Positions 54,838 through 64,000 of a stretch of DNA of 64,000 nt are shown one piece after another; the stretch's first letter is position 1, and every line of letters starts with the position of its first letter. Source of the stretch: Octopus vulgaris (Eukaryota); contig CATOCA020000001.1 in the NCBI GenBank assembly GCA_951406725.2, positions 2,170,001 through 2,234,000 of the forward strand. The letters are read 5' to 3'. Made by a program: the position numbers and the translations under genes. A model generated the notes under the pieces. It ran no database searches. It saw only the letters and a list, made by a program, of their open reading frames with translations, and was not told the DNA's origin.

Positions 54838-55003
54838 TATATACGACGGGCTTCCTTCTGTTTCCGTGTACAAAATCCACTGACAAAGCTTTGGTCGGTC
54901 CGTAGGCTATGGTAGAAGACATCTGCCCATGGTGCCACGTAGTGGGATTGAACCCGGAACCATGTGGTTGGTAAGCGAGCTACTTCCCATACAGACACTC
55001 CTG
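54490..55003 (-). mobile_element. Full-length SINE (same family as the 94-bp array)
   Basis: Tail ACTCTTTTACTCTTTTAC, 3' module, CA/TA tract, and head GTGCCACGTAGTGGGATTGAACCCGGAACCATGTGG...ACTCCT. Confidence 0.85.
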
Positions 55004-55436
55004 TTTGTCAACCTGAGAAGTTGAAGGGATCCGGAACACTCGTGGGAGAAAAAAATTTCGTGGCTGGGTCAAATGGACTGTGCTCACACACGCACAAACA
55101 CCCACACATATAGATACATGCAAAGACGCACACTCGTAGCTATTTATACTTTAAAAATGTTGACCTTAAAACCGTGACATTCTGAAGAAATTGTATGAGT
55201 GTGTGGGTCAGCCAATATGTGTGTGTGTGTCTGTGTGTGTGTGTGTGTGAGTGTGTGTGCTTTCATTTCTGTTTCGCTGAATTTGTGAAAGAGGGACGGA
55301 GAACTTGTTGACATCGATGACAATTTTCGTATATTGCTTCTTCTTTTTTTAATTTTTTCAGTCATTAAATTGCGGCCATGCTGGGTTACCGCCTTGCAGT
55401 ATCCGCTCAGTTTATATATATATATAATGTGTATAT

Positions 55437-55505
<69 letters not shown>

Positions 55506-57303
55506 CATTCCTTAAATCGTAGTCTTCGTTTCTGCTGGGGGCTCTTTCCATAAAGAAGTTTAGCATATAGCATCTGTTTAGGGATCCTCTGATCATTAAT
55601 CTAAAGAAAATGTCCAGTCCATCATTATACTCTGTGCTTTTATAATTTGACAAATTCAACCTCTCTTCTCTGGGCAACATATTTTCCTTTTGATGCTTTT
55701 AAAATATGAAAATTACTTTGACAGTCATTGACCAGGAACAAGATGAAGATCTCAGTCAGTAAAGGAATTTGTCTGGGGTCATCAAAGTTTGAAGTTACTC
55801 TTTTTAGTTTTATAAAGTCACTAAAAGTCTTACGTTTTCTCAATTTATAGAAAAGTAACACTTTTATAAATGAGTTTATTGTTACGCATTAAATGTTAAA
55901 CTAAATTTGCTCCAGCTGGTCTATATAAACAGTAACCTATAGCTTTGAACAGCCTTATTATTTTGTTGTGTATTTACATGGCATATAATGTGTGAATAGA
56001 ATTTCTCCCCCAGTTATCCAAGCAAAAAATCAGAAACTTATGTTATCAATTTATTTAGAATAATTTTGTACAAAGTTTGATACAAAATAATTTTGTTGTG
56101 TCTGGGGAGAGTCATTCTCTTTTAGTGCCTTATTATTTAACACACTCACCGGTAAAATTTCGTTTTGCTTTAATAGTAATTATCAATTTCTGAATAAAGT
56201 TTCTTTTTATCTAATTTAAATATCTTGATTATTTAATTTGAAAACAATCAGGTTTGTTCACTTCTATCACAAAAGAATCCAATAAAAAGTGGAGAATACT
56301 TATGAATCTTCCATTCCAATTCCACAAAAGTCTGCTCGGTAGAGCTTCCTGTCACATCTTATAATGTACATAAAGGTCTCATGTGTTTTACTTATTTAAT
56401 CTTGGTCTCTGCTGTAAGAACTTGAAATCTAATTTCAAATTAAAATAACAGTGGAGTAATATGAAGGTAAATATTGTAAGGAAGAATTGTACTCTTCCTT
56501 TATCTGAAGTTATTCAAAAAGAGGGAGACACTGTGGCTTTTCCACAATCACATGCAATTAAAACAACAAATGTTGTGTCAGGATTTTTCAGCACAGCTAT
56601 TGTTTAATTATAATTTTTTTGATTTATTTTCATATGTATAATAGTGAAGTTTTATTTTTACTGACGAAAATTTCAGTAATTAGTAAATAACGAAGGTCAT
56701 AAAGTAAGAATATAAAATTAGAATATTGTATATTGCACTCAAACCCCCTGGAATTTTTATTCAACCACCACCACTTTGGAGAGGCCTGTCTTAAACCACA
56801 ACAGGACAAAGTGAGATATATCCTTAGATACATCATGTATTATATAGAAATACTATCTCTATAGGATATATAAAGGGAAAAGACATCAATATATATATAT
56901 ATACCAGGCATTCTACTCTCAGATAAACATGAAGGTAGATAGCTATCAATATAGCAGAAGATATTAAAGCTGTCTATATAACAATGGGGTTGCTTAGGGG
57001 GGGGGTAGATATACAACAACAGCAACAACAATAAATGAACATTTCAGAGTTTGTCTTTATTTTAAATGTGAATATTTAACAAAGGAGCCAAACCAGTGAA
57101 GGGATCACTATGTGGCTGATATACCTGCTAGAATTAGCAGCTAAATTCACACGATATCACTGTACAGAAGGGCATATTGGACAATGTGGTTGTGGGTTCT
57201 CTTTGGAAATAGGCATGATGGTCCTGGCTGGAATGCGTTTGATCATAAGTCTCTGTTTGGTCAAGGTTAATCTGAGGCTAAACAACAACAGTTACACAGA
57301 AAT

Positions 57304-57503
57304 TCACTTTGCGTCTAATGACAGACATTCCATCGCAGCGAAACATTCAGCTTCTTCAAGAGCTGCACGTAATGTTGCGTGTGTCCGTGTTTCTGGGTCG
57401 CAATTTTTGAACCATTCGTAAAGAATCTGGTAGCCTTGTTTTACAGTGACATTAGACTCATCATCAATTTTCAGTTTAGTTGTATCAACTTCTAAAACAA
57501 TAA
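57304..57503 (-). CDS. Terminal coding exon of a death-domain protein
   Basis: Acceptor TCTTTTGCAG precedes (V)IVLEVDTTKLKIDDESNVTVKQGYQILYEWFKNCDPETRTHATLRAALEEAECFAAMECLSLDAK*. The pattern Q.Y.IL..W......T...L..AL fits death-domain helices 4-6. Confidence 0.8.
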
Positions 57504-57839
57504 CTGCAAAAGACACAACAATAAGAAATAAATGCAACAACATTGACAATAACATAAAACGCTGTGTACTGTAGGTTGTTATGAATATAACAAACAAACT
57601 TTATCAATAGAGAAATAAAAAAAAGAAATAGCTAAGAAACATGAAAAATATAAGACATTGTTTTCTATTGACAAAAATAACAAAGAGTTTGAATTAAACG
57701 AGATTTTTAAAGAAAATTAATTGAAAATTATACTTGAGAAAATATATGGTAAACGAGGGCAGGAAAACTTTTGTGAAGGCAAAAGTATATCAGAACCTCA
57801 AGAATTAACATTGACCTCCAACAGTGAAAGCATATGATC

Positions 57840-58560
57840 CATCCATTTCCTCTGCTCAATATTCTTGAAAGGGCTGTGGGGAAAGAGTCCTCAGGCACCT
57901 CCTCCATAGGGTCCTATCAGAAGCATCCATCATTAGACATTCTGCTTGTATTCTATGATGTGAAGAACTAAGACTATGGATATCATCCAACCATTTCTTT
58001 CTTGGCCTCCCCCTCGGTACCCTGTTCCATTGGTTTGACTTTGAGAACCTGTCCTGTAATTCATTCCTGCAACACCCTGATCACATGTCCGAGGTACCAC
58101 AGATGTGGAGGAGATGTGGTTCAACCTGGAGAGACTCCCAGATCTCTGAACTGTAAATCCTATTGAGTAACATTACTCCAAAGACCCTTTAGAGGAATCC
58201 CATATACCTGTCTTATTCTGGTAGATTTCAGACCTGGTATTCAAAGGGTCATGAAAGTACTGTCCCTCTGTGCCATCTACTACCTTGCAAAGTTCCCAAG
58301 AGGACACTGGAAATCGAATGATCAGTGATTGTCCAACAGTCGATAATTCTAAGTCAAATTCAATCCCATTTCAAACTTCTCCAATGAACTCCAGGTTCGA
58401 TCAATTCTACAGAGCCTATTCAGTTATTATTATGTCAGTCTCAATGAGAGATGCCCCTGCAGTTCGGCTTGACTTGTGAATGTTCATTTTCTGGTAAATT
58501 CCCTTAAAGGAATTCTCTGTTTTCGCCTGAGGAGAATGATAGGATTTCGCTGTGTCACCT
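57840..58560 (-). pseudogene. Decayed RTE-like LINE 3' relic inside the last intron
   Basis: Minus strand near 57985-58017 reads PRGRPRKKWLDDI; the surrounding frames are broken. Confidence 0.55.
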
Positions 58561-59044
58561 TTATTAAATCTCTTTTTATTGAAGCATTTACAGACATATG
58601 TCATGTGGTAAAGTCATTGCAAAATGGCAAAATAAATTGGAATTATCAGCTTCCAACACAATAACCCAATAAATAATCTGTTTGAAGAAAGATGCTTTGT
58701 TTTAGATGTTAACTTTGGTACTTGTCCTTCATTACAATAACCTAACAGTGAACCTAAAGAAAATGTAAAACAAATTCACTCACCTGTTTACCCTTAAACA
58801 ATATATTTTAGTTCCCTCTTCCAAAAGATAATATTAAACGCCATTTGTGTTTTCTAGTTTATCCATTATTACCAACCATGCTAACCTCAGTGGATATTTT
58901 ATGAAATATCAGGAATATCGTAAATAAAATTGTCATACAGGTAACCTATCAATTGGAAATGAGGAATGTAACTTGTTCTCATTCATTCTGACAAATAAAA
59001 TAGATCAGGTGAAAGTAAAATATATAGAAATCAAATATACTCAC

Positions 59045-59116
59045 CTATTTGCCACCAATCACGTCCTAACCTCTTAGCCACTCTCAGAAGATCTTTCTCC
59101 TTCAGAACTGGACTCT
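59045..59116 (-). CDS. 72-bp internal exon encoding the start of the death domain
   Basis: TTATTTCAG|AG AGT CCA...CAA ATA G|GTGAGT translates as SPVLKEKDLLRVAKRLGRDWWQI. It is phase 1/1 and splices in frame to the exon starting at 57503. Confidence 0.8.
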
Positions 59117-59589
59117 CTGAAATAAATATTTCCAGCTTTTATAATTTATTGTAAAACTTATTTATCTCTATAAATATTCTGTAGTTTATTGTTGTGGGAC
59201 ATTGTTATCATCAGTGGTTGGCTGGTGACCACTAGGGTTTTGCTCAGTATTTTTATACTTTCCATTGTGGGACCAGGTAATAGCTCAATATTTAGGCCCG
59301 CAACAAAATAGACTAACTTTCCGAAACCTTGTTTCTCTTTAACAGAGACATCCTACATAATCTAACAATGTTGCAATTATTTCATTCAATTATCATTTCA
59401 TAGTTCTCTCTCTCCTTTCATATATCTGTACCAAATCTATGACATGTGACTGTCCTCTGAACTCTACACTTCACTAACCACCATTCTCCTCATCTTCTGC
59501 TAAAGTCCAATATCATCCAATGTGGTCTCCAAAGATCTCGTCACAAATGCATGACACACCACTTCAAGTAAAATAAACGTAATACCTGT

Positions 59590-60900
59590 TCTCTTTGCTG
59601 TTGGAAATCTTGAATTTTATCATCCCACATCCCAGTTCACCTGGTCATTATCTGGTGCAGGGAATATTTTAAGACTCCTTAATAAAGGTGAGCAATGATC
59701 AGTTCTCCAAAGATGAAACAAAAAGTGATATCAGGTGTCCTAAAACAATGTACACTTGCACAAAACCCCATTCACTACATACAACTGGACATCTACACAT
59801 TATTGCAGTGAAGACATCTGAAATGGTACAAAAGGACTGATACTCAAAAATATATAAGAAAGACGGGAATACAAAGTGCGAGCTCCAAATCTTTTATTTT
59901 CCAGAATGTTTGGCATATTTATTTCTTTTAACCCATCTTCGTTCTGTGACTTGATCTCAATGCCTTTACTCTTATTGCAAAATTAGGTAGTGTACCATCG
60001 TCGTAATAGTTTTTCAAGTTTCCCTTTAAACTTCATCAGGGTTTCTCCTGCTATTTTGACCTTCACTTGTTTCTGCTGACCTTTCACAAATGACGGGCTT
60101 CATTACTCATTTGCATTGAACCACATTCTTCACCAAGTTCCTCAGTCTACCCAGTTAATCCAGAACTATTTGCATATCCTTTTATTTGTTGTTACTATTG
60201 TTATGTAATCCATTAATGTCTTCTCGAGTGTTTTCCTTTGAGCCATTTCTTATCAATCTGCTGATTTAAGTAACATCTCCATAACAATCACAAACCAAAT
60301 GACTGATATTGTAGAAACTACAGCAATTCCCGTTTCAAAATGATACCAGTCTATCGAGAAAGTTTTCCTCATGAACTGCATATTGAAATTGTTATAGCAG
60401 CTCCTCATCAGATCCTTAATCTTTTCTCATATATAAAACAGGTCCACTGCTTCCATCAACAATTTGTTTGCTAGAGAACCATAAACCAGATCAAATCACA
60501 CAACATTCAATCCCTTTTATTCTTCTTTCCGTCTTGTATCACATCCTAGATTTAAGACACATGTTCCACACAGCCAGGAATGCCAGAGGATTCCAGTCTT
60601 CGAGATACTTTTAGTCCCATATTCATTATTCTGTAGATTTACAGTTGATCTCTTTGTGAATACAACCTTGTAAATCTGCCATCTATATTCAAGGTTGAAA
60701 TTAGTCTGAACTAATCAATCGGTATTTGATTGCTGGTTTCAATGGACATTTCAAACTGTCTATGAATGGGAATCATTGCTTTTGCTTTGGATCTCCTGCA
60801 TATATCCATCCAGTTCATCTTTATTGTATTTTAGCTTTCTGTTCTCAGTATCTGCAAACAGAATTTCCTTGTAGAAGTTAAAGAGGAGCGTTTAATTTTG
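59590..60900 (-). pseudogene. Decayed RT of an early-branching non-LTR element (HERO/NeSL-like)
   Basis: Minus-strand pieces GIPGCVEH..I.DVIQDGKKNKRDLNVV, FDL.YGSLANKLLMEAVDLFYI, and DWYHFETGIAVVSTISVIWFVIVMEML resemble the WLDLANAYGSVPH and GI..GCTISP..F...ME motifs. Many stops; boundaries approximate. Confidence 0.65.
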
Positions 60901-61621
60901 TTGACGACATGATCATTTTTCTAGGGCTTTTGGAGCAAAATTGTGCCCAAGGCCCTTTTTAAAGTGGTTGATGTTAGGAAAGGCACATCACCATAGAAAA
61001 GCCGGAATGTGTTCCTCATCCAATCAAGGCGGACAGTATTTGTTAATAAGAACTGACATGGATAGGAATCATCCATCCAATCGATAGGAGCATAGACATC
61101 AGATGATAAATGATGAGGGTCATCAGTGTCTATCTTGGAGAGAGAGGGAGAGAGAGAACGGTTGTCTCAGCATCAAACCTAATACTTTTACATGGATAAA
61201 GACAATGTTTAGGGGATGTAATGATAAATTTATTATCAGTGAAAACAAAAAGGCAGGGTGTTCACATACGGAACACATTTCATTGTAAATCTGTCACATT
61301 ATGAGAGATATTTGCCTAAATAGCAACAACAGCAATAACCTATCAGTAAACTTAGTAACTACATATTTTAGTCCTCCGTTTCAAAATACAGTATTAATTC
61401 TATTGTCTTCTAAATTATCCATTTTCCGAACCATGCCAACCCCGTTGGATATTTTGTGAAATTCCATTGATATCAAAATGTCTAATAGAATTATTATACA
61501 GCTAATATTTCAGATGTAAATTAGGAATGGATCTTGTCCTCAGTCATTCTGATAAACTACAAATGCTCAGGTGAAGGTTAAATTCATAGAAATCCATGAG
61601 GTACTGTAATTTGCTTCTCAC

Positions 61622-61667
61622 CAACTGGCTGTGATGTTGTCAAGGCATCCTTCACAGAAGTTGGAGT
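61622..61667 (-). CDS. Possible upstream 46-bp exon of the same gene
   Basis: TTCAAAG|ACTCCAACT...CCAGTTG|GTGAG translates as TPTSVKDALTTSQPV and its end phase matches the 59116 exon. The acceptor is weak and it lies in a diverged duplicate of the 59-kb exon region. Confidence 0.3.
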
Positions 61668-64000
61668 CTTTGAAATGAATATTTTCAAGTTTTACGTTTT
61701 ATAGTATAATTTCATTATAGTTATTGATAATCAACACTTTATTATTGTGGGAAGGGCATACAGCTGTAAAAACTAGTTCGTAGGGATGTGGTTGTGTACC
61801 CATGTAAAAGTTATGTTAACTTTGAGGGTAACAAGGTGTAAAATATCAGATGAGGGTACAAGATAATGCTATGAAACATTCACACAGACAAGTTTAAGAG
61901 AGTTAATGAATGATAGCTGATTAATTATCATGTTAATGCGGCATATAAACACTAACTATCAATATAGATTGTATAAAATCTGTGTGAAGAACATGTGACA
62001 TTTGTTACAATTAATATGGTTGTGTCTCAGCACAGTTGATATTATGGTAGTTCCATGAGAAACCATAGAAAAATGTAACCATTTCCAGTACCGAATACTA
62101 ATGATGAATTCTTTTCTTGGTCAAATAACAATGACCAGGTTCCATGATCTAATTTCAACAGAACAATCAAGTCGGAAGTAAAACCAAAATGTGGAAGACT
62201 GAAAACAGTGACTCTCTTACAATTGAAACCATCTCAAAGCCAACAATTGTCAGTATAACGATGTCTATATGGACAGTAAACGTTATTCAAACATCGTAAC
62301 AAGCGATAATTATATATATATAGTTAGAAAAGAGTTGTGAGTTCAAGTCACACTGGAATCTCATACGTTCATTCCTTTCCATGTATTGCATATGTTAGCA
62401 TCAATGTTTTGTTCAAATGTGAACATATGTTCTCTGTTCAATATGAATGTTATCAAAATCACTGAACCGGTTTCCACAATCGATATTATTATACTGAGCT
62501 AATATGTTATACCAGACAGGAAACTACTGTAACAATCTAAGACAAAGAATTATGATGAGTTACTGGAAGACACATCATCATCATCATCATCAACATTCAA
62601 AGTTTGTTTTCCATGCTGGAATGGGTTGGAAATCTTGACAGGATCTGACAAGCCAGACAACTTCACCAGGCCCCAGATGGTTTCTTTGGCATGGTTTTCT
62701 ACGGTAGGATGTTCTTATTGATGCCAACCACCTCACAGAGTGTACGTGGCCCCTTTGTGTAAAGCACAAGTACTGGCATATTTAGCCAAAAGACATGTAA
62801 GACAGAGACCCCACAGCCAGGAGAGGGAGTATTGCAAATTTCTCTCCCCGCATCCTGATTCTTTTGTCATCACATTCCCTTCTCACCTCCTGAAAATGTC
62901 ATCAGCTTCAGTGAAGCAAAACATCATAGAATAGTGAGGACCGTCTAATTATATAGAATGTAACACAACTTGATTACTACTTGTGCTATAATTAAATGCT
63001 CCCAGAACACACTAGGAAGTGGTTGGTGGAAACTAGGAAAGATGACACCACAAGTTTGAAAGGAACGTTTGATATTGTTGGGAAATTGATGATCATTTCT
63101 AATGCTTGTGCGACAATAAAATATACCCAGGACCCTTTATAAAGTGGTTGGGGTTAGAAAGGGTCTACCACCTTAGAAAAGCTGCAATGTTTAAGTGAGA
63201 TGTTTTCCTCAACAAATGACGGTTGGCAGTAATTTCAGATACAACTGACTTGGACAGTGATGACCCACCTAGTGTATGGGAGCATGGAGAGCAGATGAGA
63301 AAAGATGAAGATGATATCATTTATTGTATTGAAACTTTTAACCAGCATCTTTCTTGAAAAGACGGAGAGAAAGAGCATGAGTGAGAGAGAGAGAATGAAT
63401 GAGTACAATGAGATGACAAACAGGGCGAATATTCTCCTTAACGGGAGAGAACCGTTTCAGGGTTTATATTTAATTTTTGTATCTTTCTTTCTGCGAGTGA
63501 ATGAGTAACTGATGTTTGCATAAAGTACATTTATTGGATATTCGTGTTGTTGTAGAAGAACAGAATTTCTTTATAGCTAAGCATTCAAATGAAATATAAC
63601 ATTGGAACCTGTTCTATTGACCAAAATGGCTCAGTAAAAGCTAAAATTTATAGAAATCAATTATGTAATGTCATTCTATACTCACCACGTGGCCCTTCTA
63701 CTGTCTGGACCTCTTTGTCTTCAAATATTGGCCTTGCTGAAATAAATATTTCCAAGATTATACTTTATATTAAAATTTATTTAATGAACATCGATATTTT
63801 ATAATTGTGAAATATTCCTATAACCAATAGTCAAGATTAACCGTCCCAAATCTCCCCACTCTGTAGGTAACGAAGGGCTTCTCCCTAAGAGTGGAAAGCA
63901 GATTGTATGAGACTTGTGTACGGACAGATGTACAACACAATAATGAAAGATAGGTTGTGAAGATAGAAGACATGCAAGGGGTCGGAGGCAAATGAAGCCA

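Noticed and set aside
55144-56630. ORFs 55144-55680 and 55640-55861 and nearby AT-rich sequence as a gene or transposase
   Set aside because: No recognisable motif; the longer ORF is extended by microsatellite.
61800-64000. Short ORFs and faint repeat relics at the window end
   Set aside because: Likely intronic DNA with old SINE fragments (~60950-61110, 62570-62760, 63000-63310); too decayed to call, and no supported exon.

Overview
Repeat-saturated animal genomic DNA. The SINE/LINE families and dense (TA)n/(CA)n microsatellites resemble octopus/cephalopod DNA (inference from memory, no search run). The dominant structure is a ~35-kb palindrome: arms of ~15 kb (about 9421-24586 and 28722-44198) are reverse complements around a ~4.1-kb unique spacer. 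The spacer holds the nearly intact ORF of a Penelope-like retroelement (PLE; RT with YRDD plus a C-terminal GIY-YIG nuclease preceded by CxCx5C, most like the Hydra clade). The PLE's own ~1.36-kb inverted terminal segments, each with a type I hammerhead ribozyme that has a long helix II, form the innermost part of the arms. Homology then runs on through ~14 kb of flanking DNA: a second hammerhead-bearing foldback element, CR1-type LINEs with shared disabling mutations, and SINEs. Smaller foldbacks and PLE-like non-autonomous units sit in TA tracts across the window. Other content: a 94-bp SINE-derived tandem array, SINEs with one head and three different tails, RTE and HERO/NeSL-like LINE relics, and the last exons of a minus-strand death-domain gene. 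Most YIYI/HTHT ORFs in the track are microsatellite artefacts. An assembly artefact for the large palindrome cannot be excluded from sequence alone.
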